Shown: piece after piece, positions 17,440 through 25,805 of the stretch
How the letters are laid out: every line of letters begins with the position of its first letter
How positions within the stretch are numbered: position 1 is the stretch's first letter
Assembly: GCA_963747605.1 (NCBI GenBank)
Contig: CAVVGA010000012.1
Location: forward strand, 119,471-183,470
Direction: 5' to 3'
Source: an uncultured Acidobacteriota bacterium
Lineage (GTDB): Bacteria; Acidobacteriota; Terriglobia; Acidiferrales; UBA7541
DNA length: 64,000 nt
The notes under the pieces: model-generated
What the model was told of the DNA's origin: nothing
The model's database searches: none
What the model saw: only the letters and a program-made list of their open reading frames with translations
Program-made: the position numbers and the translations under genes

Positions 17440-18498
17440 TTGCGTCCGGTCCCTCGCCGCGTGCCGCACTTCTTTTCGAACCTGCTCCCCGAAGGACATC
17501 TCCGCCCATATTTGGCAAAGCTGGCCGAGGTCAAGCCCGAGCGTGAATTCTTTTTGCTCGCCGTCCTGGGCGCCGACCTGCCCGGCGCGCTCGTCGTCAC
17601 GCCGCTTGAAAGCGACGCGTATGAAGGCGACGCTCATGACGCCGCCGGCGGCGGCGATCATCATGATCGTCCCCCCAAAACCGCTCTGCGGTTTTCTCTC
17701 GCCGGCGTGCAGTTGAAGTTTTCCGCCGTCATGGAAGCTTCCGGCGGTCTCACGGTTCCAGCCGACGGCATGGGTGGCTCCTGGATTGTCAAACTTCCCT
17801 CTGCCCGCTTTCCCGCCGTCCCTGAAAATGAATTTGTCATGCTTGAGCTTGCGCGGCGCGTCGGCATCGCCGTGCCGCCCAATCGCCTGATCGATATGGC
17901 AAAAATAAAAGGACTGCCGGAAGAAACCCGGACGACGAGAGGCAACGCGCTTGCCGTGCAGCGGTTCGACCGCCTCCCCGGCGGCGACCCCGTTCACATG
18001 GAGGATTTCGCGCAGGTGTTCGGACTCTTTCCCGACGACAAGTACGGCCACCGCAGCTATGCCAATATCGCTTCCGTTCTCTGGGCGGAAAGTGGCGAGG
18101 AGGCCACCTACGAGTTTGTCCGCCGACTCGTTTTCTCCGTGCTGATCGGCAATGCTGACATGCATCTCAAGAACTGGTCGCTTCTCTATCCCGACCGGCG
18201 GACGCCCGTTCTGTCGCCGGCCTACGATTTTGTTGCAGCGCTGCCGTACATTCCCGGCGACACACTTGCCCTGGCTTTCGGCGGCAGCCGCAGTCTTAAC
18301 GAAATCACAACCGACCAGATGCGGAGCTTTGCCGACACTGCAAGAATTCCGGCAAGCCCGCTCTGGCAGATTGCGGTCGAGACCGCAGAGCGCACGGTCG
18401 CGAGCTGGAAAATGCTCGAACTGGCGGACCGGCTCCCTAAAGAAATGCGTGCCTCCATCGACAAACAGATTCTGACGGTCGCCGCCACCATAAAGTGA
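17440..18498 (+). CDS. HipA-family Ser/Thr kinase toxin, N-terminally short, no HipB/HipS neighbour
   Basis: HFFSNLLPEGHLRPYLAKL, FSLAGVQLKFS, and NADMHLKNWSLLYPD (kinase catalytic loop). An ATG with an RBS at 17382 is in another frame, so either there is a frameshift near 17420..17430 or the start is non-ATG. In either case only ~20-30 aa precede the LLPEG motif. Confidence 0.8.
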   Translation: MRPVPRRVPHFFSNLLPEGHLRPYLAKLAEVKPEREFFLLAVLGADLPGALVVTPLESDAYEGDAHDAAGGGDHHDRPPKTALRFSLAGVQLKFSAVMEASGGLTVPADGMGGSWIVKLPSARFPAVPENEFVMLELARRVGIAVPPNRLIDMAKIKGLPEETRTTRGNALAVQRFDRLPGGDPVHMEDFAQVFGLFPDDKYGHRSYANIASVLWAESGEEATYEFVRRLVFSVLIGNADMHLKNWSLLYPDRRTPVLSPAYDFVAALPYIPGDTLALAFGGSRSLNEITTDQMRSFADTARIPASPLWQIAVETAERTVASWKMLELADRLPKEMRASIDKQILTVAATIK

Positions 18499-18706
18499 CG
18501 AGAAATGTCGGGACGACAAAGCGATTACAATTCCGTCTCTGACGATACTAAGCACAAATATCATCCTGAATATAAATGACAGGATCGACTGCGGTGCTTA
18601 GGCAGACCTTTTCAGACCGTCCGAAGGAGCGCTCGTCTACAAGCTGTTCATCGGCGCGCAGCATCACACGAACGTCAGCCAGGGACTGACCGATCAGGAA
18701 AACGAT

Positions 18707-18729
18707 GTCGACCCCCACCCCGGGCACCA
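18707..18729 (+). pseudogene. putative 3'-terminal remnant of a tRNA (T-loop, T-stem 3' strand, acceptor 3' strand, ACCA)
   Basis: GTCGACC CCCAC CCCGGGC A CCA. The T-stem strand CCCAC is identical to that of the intact tRNA-Leu. CCCGGGC pairs (one G-U) with GCCTGGG of the 5' remnant at 6548 and not with the intact gene's acceptor. Confidence 0.4.
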
Positions 18730-18936
18730 CTCATTTCCTCGTTTAGTTAGTCCAATCGGCGACATTGACGGCGGGTGAGTCTTTTGTCCAACTTTGTAGG
18801 GACTCCATGCCAGCCGCTCCTCGAGATGCGCAATTCATTCGAACTTTTGCCGGATTCAGCGGCAATTTCCCGCAAGAATTTCGGGCTCGGTCGTTCTAGC
18901 AGAGAGTGGCGCGCGGGCCGCCAAAGGAGGCCATCG

Positions 18937-19266
18937 ATGCAAATGACAGACGCAGAATACGATGGTTTGCTGGCTCGCTTGACAAAACTCGAAAAACAAA
19001 TCCGGTTATCGAAAATTGTGGGGGCGCTGATTCTGCTGGCTGCGGTGCTTTCGCTTACGGCCAAGGTCACGGCGCAAGGTGACGCCGTCATCAGAGAGAC
19101 GAAATCCCCGACCGTGGAAGCTCAGACGTTTTTGCTCAAGGATTCCGCGGGATACATGAGGGGTAAGATGACAGTCGATGGCGACCGTCATCCGATGCTG
19201 GACTTTTATGACCTGAGTGGAAAAGTAATATGGTCAACAGACAATCATGTGATCCCGACAAAATGA
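18937..19266 (+). CDS. small membrane-anchored hypothetical protein
   Basis: 109 aa from the ATG at 18937 (RBS AAAGGAGG). It has one TM helix (IVGALILLAAVLSLTA) and then a soluble domain. Confidence 0.5.
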   Translation: MQMTDAEYDGLLARLTKLEKQIRLSKIVGALILLAAVLSLTAKVTAQGDAVIRETKSPTVEAQTFLLKDSAGYMRGKMTVDGDRHPMLDFYDLSGKVIWSTDNHVIPTK

Positions 19267-19277
19267 TGCGGTAAGGT

Positions 19278-20165
19278 TCACTTTTTTTGCAGGGCGGGGA
19301 CTATGGCGGAGAAATCCCTATCGCCATAGCCGGCCGCGATGGCTTTTTCGAAATCGGCGATGGCTGGGGCGGCGGTGTTCATGGCCACGCCGTGGCGCGC
19401 GCCTTCTTCGCGCGCGTACGCGAGATCTTTTGCCATCAGGCGCAGGACGAAATTGGGCGTGAAGTCTCCAGAGGCGGCGCGGGTGGTTAGGATTTTCAGC
19501 AGCGGACTGCCAGGGGCTCCGGCGGTTAGCACTGCAACCGATTTTTCTCTATCTAGTCCACTGGCGGTGAGCAGGGCCATCGCTTCGGCCAGTGATGCGG
19601 CTTGCACCCCGCAGAGAAAATTATTAATGAGCTTCAGGGTTGCGCCGCTGCCGATGGGACCGAGATGCAGTACCTCGCGGCTCATTACGACCAGGACGGG
19701 TCGCACGGCCGCCAGAGCTTCGGCGGAGCCTCCGACCAGAAAAAGCAATTCGCCGGCAGCGGCTTGTGGTTTCGAGCCGGTTACCGGAGCGTCGAGGAGT
19801 TCGCATTCGTGTTTCTGTGCGGCGGCGGCCAGTTCGTGAATCCATTGGACACTTGCAGTACTGGATTCGACGAGCCATGTGCCGGGAGCGGCTGCGGCTA
19901 GCGCGCCGGTTTCTTGATCTAGCCAGACGGCGCGCGAGGCGTTGTCGTCGGCGAGCATACTGATAATGATATCGGCGCGCCCGGCGGCATCGCGGGGAGT
20001 GCGGGCGACGTAGGCGCCGGCTTTCGCGAAGGGCGCGGTTTTTTCCGGATTGCGGTTGTACACGGCTAGCGGAAATCCCGCAGTGAGAACGCGCCCTGCC
20101 ATTCCCCCGCCCATCAGTCCTAATCCTAGAATTGCTACACGCGGCTTGGTCATTGCCCGATTCAC
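19278..20165 (-). CDS. NAD(P)-dependent oxidoreductase, 3-hydroxyisobutyrate/6-phosphogluconate dehydrogenase-like
   Basis: 295 aa with the N-terminal Rossmann motif VAILGLGLMGGGMAG. The overall pattern is that of beta-hydroxyacid dehydrogenases. Confidence 0.8.
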   Translation of the reverse strand: MNRAMTKPRVAILGLGLMGGGMAGRVLTAGFPLAVYNRNPEKTAPFAKAGAYVARTPRDAAGRADIIISMLADDNASRAVWLDQETGALAAAAPGTWLVESSTASVQWIHELAAAAQKHECELLDAPVTGSKPQAAAGELLFLVGGSAEALAAVRPVLVVMSREVLHLGPIGSGATLKLINNFLCGVQAASLAEAMALLTASGLDREKSVAVLTAGAPGSPLLKILTTRAASGDFTPNFVLRLMAKDLAYAREEGARHGVAMNTAAPAIADFEKAIAAGYGDRDFSAIVPALQKK

Positions 20166-20189
20166 CTCAGTGGAATTACCCCTGTGAAA

Positions 20190-21191
20190 TTAGCCCAGTG
20201 AAATAACTTCGATTAGTGCCGATTTGGCGGCGGCCACCTGCAACGGATTGCGCAGAGCGCGGCCGAAGCCTGCGAACTGAACTTGCATTACGTCTCCGGC
20301 GGCAAGACGAACGCCTTCGCCGAAGCTAAGACAATCGGCACCGAAGAAATGGACGTGCACGTCGCCAGCGCGGCGATGCGCTTCGTATTTGAAGTGATGG
20401 TGCTCCAGGTTGCGCAGGCTGTGGCACATTTCGGATTCGCCGGTGCGGATCTTTTTGCTCCAGAGCGTTTTGCCGCCGCGTTCAATCGTCACTGCTCCTT
20501 GGACAGAATCGAAAGCGGGATCAAGAGTGAGTTCCGGGCCTAGCGCGGGCGTGCGCAGCTTCGAGCCGGCGAGATTCAGATAATTCTTTTTTTCGAATAT
20601 GTGGTCGGAAAATTCGTTGCCGCAGGCCATTGCGACACGATAGGGGCGGCTGTCGGCATCTATGACATAAATACCCGCGATTTCGGCTTCTTCGCCGCCA
20701 TCTTCTGCGTATGGTGGAATTTGCAGGGGCTCATTGTGGGCCCGGAGGATTGTGCCGGTGCCTTTGTAAAACCATTCCGGGGGCGCGCCGATTTCGCCTG
20801 CGGCGGGGCGGCCTCCTGCTATCCCCCAGCGAAACATTTTCATACTGTCGGTGAGATCTTCGCTGGCGACCGCATGCATGTCCTGCCGATCGCGAGCGCT
20901 GCCGAGATGAGTGAGGCCTGTGCCGGAAACGAGGCAGCGACTTGGTTCGTCAGGATGATCAATAGCAGGGAGGATGCGCCATTCGGATTGGCCGGTGTAG
21001 ATGGCATCGTATTCGAGCACCAGGTTCGAGAGTTTCTGTTGCACCAAGGCGGATAGCTTTACGCCGTTGGCGATGGCTTCCTGCGCCAGGGCATAGATGG
21101 ATGCGGCCTGGTGGAGCAGGCGGAGGTGCGGCTCTTCAACGACGGCTACTGCGCGGTCTCTGTCTGTTGCGATTTGAATTAGTCTGGTCAT
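20190..21191 (-). CDS. AraD1/GguC-type FAH-superfamily protein (2-keto-3-deoxy sugar-acid dehydratase-like)
   Basis: 333 aa. AIDHPDEPSRCLVSGTGLTHLGSARDRQDMH matches the conserved block I recall from GguC/AraD1 proteins. Confidence 0.7.
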   Translation of the reverse strand: MTRLIQIATDRDRAVAVVEEPHLRLLHQAASIYALAQEAIANGVKLSALVQQKLSNLVLEYDAIYTGQSEWRILPAIDHPDEPSRCLVSGTGLTHLGSARDRQDMHAVASEDLTDSMKMFRWGIAGGRPAAGEIGAPPEWFYKGTGTILRAHNEPLQIPPYAEDGGEEAEIAGIYVIDADSRPYRVAMACGNEFSDHIFEKKNYLNLAGSKLRTPALGPELTLDPAFDSVQGAVTIERGGKTLWSKKIRTGESEMCHSLRNLEHHHFKYEAHRRAGDVHVHFFGADCLSFGEGVRLAAGDVMQVQFAGFGRALRNPLQVAAAKSALIEVISLG

Positions 21192-21201
21192 GCTATGCGG
21201 C

Positions 21202-22374
21202 TCACTCGATCACCTCGAATTTTGCGAGGGCTTTTTCGTTTACGGTGAGGCCCAGGCCGGGAAGATTATCGTCCAAGTCCACGAAACCGTCTTTGGCTTT
21301 CGGTTCACCTTCGAAGATATACCAGAAAAGTTCGTTGCCGACTTCGACGTCCACGATGGGGAAATATTCGGCCATGGGGGAATTCAGGCTGGCCATTACG
21401 ACGTGGTAGTTGTGCATCTGTCCGGCGTGGGGGATGACTGGAACGGAATACGATTCGGCGAGTGCGCAGATTTTGCGGGCTTGGGTGATGCCGCCGACGC
21501 GGTTGGTGTCGAATTGAATGTAATCCACCGCGCGGGCTTGGAGCAGGTCGCGGAAACCGTATTGCGTGAATTCGTGTTCGCCGCCGGCGATGGGAATGCG
21601 CGCGTAGGATTTCAGTTCGGCATAGCCTTGGATGTCGTCGGGGATCACCGGCTCTTCGAGCCAGCGAAGATTGAAGGGTTCGAGGAGCGGCAACATGCGT
21701 TTCGCGTAGTCGAGAGTCCAGCCCATATAGGCGTCGGCCATTACGTCAATGGCATCGCCTAGGGCTTGGCGGACTGTTTTGACGAGGTCAACATTTTGCT
21801 GCATGCCTGCGGCGCCGTCGGTGGGACCCCAGCCGAAGCGCAGTTTCATGGCGCGATAGCCTTCTCTTTTGTAGCGCTTGGCTTCGGCGGCCAGTTCGCT
21901 GAGTTCGATGCTGTAGAGGCGGCTGGCGTAGACGGGGATACGCGGTTTGGTACGGCCGCCGAGAAGGCGGAAGACGGGTTGCTTGGCGGATTTGCCGAGG
22001 AGATCCCAGAGGGCGATGTCCACGGCGCTGATCGCGGCCATGCCGATGCCTTTGCGGCCGAACGCCATCGTTTTGCGGTACATATGTTGCCAGAGGAATT
22101 CGATGTTCCAGGGATCGGCGCCGATCAGCAGCGGCCTCAGATAGAGGTCAATCACTTGTTTGGTGATGGGTGGGGCTAGGGCAGCGTTGCCGATACCGAC
22201 GTGGCCGTCGTCGGTGAAAATTTCTACGATCAGCCATCCGTGGAATGTGAAAGTTTGCATGGAGGCTTCCGGAAGCGTGAGCAGATCCATGGGATTAGTG
22301 CAGAAATGCGGGGGCAAGGGAACTGTCTTGCCGCGCCAGCGCACTGCTCTTGTGCGAATTTCTTTAATCTTCAT
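21202..22374 (-). CDS. enolase-superfamily sugar-acid dehydratase (L-rhamnonate/fuconate dehydratase-like)
   Basis: 390 aa. ISAVDIALWDLLGK, LRWLEEPV, IPIAGGEHE and IQFDTNRVGGIT are mandelate racemase/muconate-lactonizing family motifs. Confidence 0.8.
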   Translation of the reverse strand: MKIKEIRTRAVRWRGKTVPLPPHFCTNPMDLLTLPEASMQTFTFHGWLIVEIFTDDGHVGIGNAALAPPITKQVIDLYLRPLLIGADPWNIEFLWQHMYRKTMAFGRKGIGMAAISAVDIALWDLLGKSAKQPVFRLLGGRTKPRIPVYASRLYSIELSELAAEAKRYKREGYRAMKLRFGWGPTDGAAGMQQNVDLVKTVRQALGDAIDVMADAYMGWTLDYAKRMLPLLEPFNLRWLEEPVIPDDIQGYAELKSYARIPIAGGEHEFTQYGFRDLLQARAVDYIQFDTNRVGGITQARKICALAESYSVPVIPHAGQMHNYHVVMASLNSPMAEYFPIVDVEVGNELFWYIFEGEPKAKDGFVDLDDNLPGLGLTVNEKALAKFEVIE

Positions 22375-22383
22375 ATAACTCCT

Positions 22384-23655
22384 TCATGAGTTGCTTTCTG
22401 TTGCTGGGGTTTGCGCCATATTCAGCGGGGCGACTTTGGGCACGGCGATTAGTATCACGAGAAAAGCGACTACGTGAAATGTGGCGGCTAGCTGGAAGAC
22501 TGTAGCGTAGCCGAAGCCGTGATCGAGCAGGTTGCCGGCTAATTCGCCGAAAAGGATTCCGCCGATGGCGCCGCCGAAACCGATCATGCCGGCTACTGCG
22601 CCTACTACGCTGCTGGGAAAAAGGTCCGTGGGAAGAACCATCACAAGTGTGGACCAGGATTGCTGGCCGAAATACGCGAGGCTGAAAATCGCGATGGCCC
22701 AGGCGATCGGAGCGCGGGTGACGAACAGGATGAGCGGCATTACGGCGGCGCTTAGGCCCAAGGCGACTTTGCGGGCTACGTTCACGGAGAATTTTTCGCG
22801 GACGAGATAGCTTGAGAACCATCCGCCCAGGAGGCATCCGATGCCTGCGGCGGCGTTGGGGATCCAGGCTACCGCGCCTACGGCTTTGATGTCGAAATTG
22901 CGGGCGTCGTAGAGATATTTTGGCAGCCAGAAAAGATAGAAATACCAGGCGGCATCGCTCAGGAATTTTGCGGCGACTATGCCCCAGGTTTCTTTGAAGC
23001 GGAGTAGATCAAGCCACGCGATTTTCTTTGTAGTGGCGATGATTGACGGATCGGCCGGTGGCGGAATTTTTTCGCGTTCTGGCGCAGTGAGTTGCGGATG
23101 CTCGGCTGGCGGGAAGTATGATGCGCGCCACCAGGTTGTCCAGAGCAGCCCGAGCGCGCCCGTGGCGAAAAAGATCCAGCGCCAATTTGCGTATGTGAGA
23201 ATGAGCGCGATCAGCGGCGGCGCGACCACGGCTCCCACCGCTGTGCCTCCGTTGATGATGCCCATGGCCGTGGCGCGTTCGTGCACTGAAAACCATTCGG
23301 CTACGGCGCGGGTGGACGCGGGGAAGCCGCCGCCTTCGCCCATGCCCAGCGCGAACCGGCTGATTGCCAGCATCGTGAAAGTGAGGGCGAGGCCGTGGCT
23401 GGCGCACGCTAGTGACCAGAAAATCATTATTACCGTAAAGCCCAGACGCGTGCCCAGAGCGTCCGCGAGTTTGCCGCCGCCGGCGTACATGAATGCGTAG
23501 GCGAGCAGGAACGCGGATTGCAGATTCGAGAATTGCACGTTGGTGAGTGGAATGTCTTTGCTGATGGCTTTGATCGCGACGGGGAGAGTTTGGCGGTCGA
23601 GATAGCTGATGGCGATCGCGGCGCTTACTAGGATTGCGATTCGCCAGCGCAACAT
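22384..23655 (-). CDS. MFS transporter (anion:cation symporter/hexuronate-galactonate type)
   Basis: 423 aa with about 12 hydrophobic helices. The N-terminus (WRIAILVSAAIAISYLDRQTL) is typical of ACS-family MFS transporters. Confidence 0.8.
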   Translation of the reverse strand: MLRWRIAILVSAAIAISYLDRQTLPVAIKAISKDIPLTNVQFSNLQSAFLLAYAFMYAGGGKLADALGTRLGFTVIMIFWSLACASHGLALTFTMLAISRFALGMGEGGGFPASTRAVAEWFSVHERATAMGIINGGTAVGAVVAPPLIALILTYANWRWIFFATGALGLLWTTWWRASYFPPAEHPQLTAPEREKIPPPADPSIIATTKKIAWLDLLRFKETWGIVAAKFLSDAAWYFYLFWLPKYLYDARNFDIKAVGAVAWIPNAAAGIGCLLGGWFSSYLVREKFSVNVARKVALGLSAAVMPLILFVTRAPIAWAIAIFSLAYFGQQSWSTLVMVLPTDLFPSSVVGAVAGMIGFGGAIGGILFGELAGNLLDHGFGYATVFQLAATFHVVAFLVILIAVPKVAPLNMAQTPATESNS

Positions 23656-23688
23656 TCGAGGCTCCCTGGGGATTGCTTGCGCAAAAAT

Positions 23689-23776
23689 GGCGCACTGAAG
23701 TGCGCCGCTACGACGGCCAAGTCAAATTCCAATTCAAATTCAAAGGCGCCCAGCTAAAGCTGGCCGCTACAAATTC
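23689..23776 (+). repeat. REP-like composite intergenic repeat (second full copy)
   Basis: GGCGCACTGAAGTGCGCC-GCTACGACGG-CCAAGTCAAATTCCAATTCAAATTCAAA-GGCGCCCAGCTAAAGCTGGCC-GCTACAAATTC. Confidence 0.6.
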
Positions 23777-23826
23777 AAAAACAGAGTTAGCTGCTTCGTC
23801 TCGTTCCGCAATTCATTCACGGGAAT

Positions 23827-25549
23827 CTAGTGATTGTCGCGAGCGACGGGGGCGCCGCTTTTGCCTACGAGAAAATCGAGATCGGCGCCCAGATGCGCTT
23901 GTTGCACGTGCTCGGTGTAGAGCTTTACGTACCCGCGGGCGGGCACGGGCGGCGGAGTCCACTGCGCACGCCGCGCCTTTAGAATGGCGTCATCCACATT
24001 TAGCCGAATGCTTCGGCCGGGAACGTCGAGCGTGATCGTGTCGCCAGAGCGCGCCAGAGCGAGCGGTCCGCCCGCTGCGGCTTCGGGGGAAGCGTGCAGC
24101 ACCACCGTGCCGTAGGCCGTGCCGCTCATGCGCGCATCAGAAATGCGCACCATGTCCTTCACGCCTTTGCGCAGAACTTTCGGCGGCAGCGGCATGTTGC
24201 CCACTTCCGCCATTCCGGGATAGCCGCGCGGCCCGCAATTTTGCAGAACCATCACGCAGGTTTCGTCAATGTCCAGATCTTCCTGATCAATGCGCGCGTA
24301 AAAATCCTCAATGGAATTGAAAACCACGGCGCGGCCGGTGTGTCGCAGCAAGTGCGGGCTGGCCGCGGAAAGTTTGATGACCGCGCCATCGGGCGCGAGA
24401 TTGCCGCGCAGCACCGCGATGCCGGAATTTTCTTTGAACGGCTTTGCGAAAGTGTGAATTACTTCGCGATTCCAGCAAGGAGCTTCGGATACGTTGCGCC
24501 AAATCGTTTGTCCGTTCACGGTCAGCGCGTCGCGATCCAGCGCCCCATTTTCACCCAGCTCGCGCAACACAGTGGGCAACCCGCCCGCGTAGAAAAAATC
24601 TTCCATCAGGTAAGTGCCGGAGGGCTGCAGATTCACCAAACAAGGTAGATGCGACGCCAGCGTATCGAATTCAGCCAGCGTCAGCGGCACGCCGATGCGC
24701 CCAGCAATAGCGATCAGATGAATCACAGCGTTGGTAGAACCGCCGATCGCAGCATTGGCGCGAATCGCATTCTGGAATGCGGCGCGCGTCAGAATTTGCG
24801 ACATGCGCAGATCTTCCTTCACCATTTCCACAATGCGGCGGCCGGTGAATTGCGCGAGAGTGTGGCGGCGCGCGTCCACGGCGGGAATCGCGGCGTTTCC
24901 CGGCAAGCGCCATACCGAGCGCTTCGACCATGTTGGCCATCGTCGAAGCCGTGCCCATCGTCATGCAGTGGCCTTGGGAGCGATGCATGCAGCTTTCGGC
25001 TTCGAAAAATTCCTCGAGCTTCATTTGCCCCGAGCGAACTTTTTCCGACATTTGCCAGACGCCGGTGCCGGAGCCGATATCGTGTCCCTGAAATTTTCCG
25101 TTGAGCATGGGCCCGCCGGAAAGTCCGATGGTGGGCAGGTCGCAGGACGCGGCGCCCATTAACAGAGAAGGCGTAGTTTTGTCGCAGCCCATCAGCAGGA
25201 CGACGCCGTCAATCGGATTGCCGCGGATGGATTCTTCCACGTCCATGCTGGCCAGATTGCGGAAGAGCATTGCGGTGGGGCGCAGCAGAGTCTCGCCGAG
25301 AGACATCACCGGGAATTCCAGCGGAAAGCCGCCCGCTTCCCACACGCCGCGCTTTACCCATTCGGCGATTTCGCGGAAGTGCGCGTTGCAGGGCGTGAGT
25401 TCGGACCAGGTGTTGCAGATGCCGATTACCGGGCGGCCGTTGAACATGTCCTGCGGCCAGCCCTGATTTTTCATCCAACTGCGGTAGAGGAAACCGTCGC
25501 GGTCTTTGCGGCCGAACCATTCCTGGCTGCGCAGTTTTTTCGTGGTCAT
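23827..25549 (-). CDS. IlvD/Edd-family dehydratase (sugar-acid/dihydroxy-acid dehydratase), one frameshift
   Basis: The N-terminal ORF 24671..25549 has ICNTWSELTPCNAHF and GCDKTTPSLLMGA. The C-terminal ORF 23827..24906 has AIGGSTNAVIHLIAIAG, GPRGYPGMAEV and ISDARMSG. The frames switch near 24905 (EALGMAL/PGNAAIP). Confidence 0.85.
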
Positions 25550-25805
25550 GAGTGCGAATCTCCGCGCCGGGTAAGGCGCAAAATATTTTGTGGCACTGTG
25601 CCCAATGTTGGCATCAACTGAAAACGTTTACTCCTGCGCTGCTGACAGCCTTTGACAATTTTTTTAGACGGACATCTCCGCGTGAGGATTCCACGGCATG
25701 TGCAGTTCGCCGAAACAAATCCGCCGTGCGGCAGTATCCCATCGCATCGGCACGAAACAAAACGCAGCAATCATATCGCAAAATGAATCAGGTGGCTGCG
25801 CCAAG

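Larger units (their letters stand above)
6588..18706. mobile_element. putative integrated genomic island (integrase, replacement tRNA-Leu, TA modules, Fic, DUF3768, SSB, HipA) lying between two remnants of one tRNA-Leu gene
   Basis: The left boundary is the tRNA 5'-half remnant at 6548..6587, followed by an AT-rich arm and int. The right boundary is a T-loop-to-CCA remnant at 18707..18729 whose acceptor strand pairs with the left remnant. The cargo is typical of mobile DNA. Several stretches are visibly more AT-rich than the flanks. Confidence 0.5.

Noticed and set aside
18548-18730. 60-aa minus-strand ORF overlapping the putative tRNA 3' remnant.
   Set aside because: It has no recognisable domain and no RBS. 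It may be a fragment of a lost gene, but there is not enough evidence to call it.
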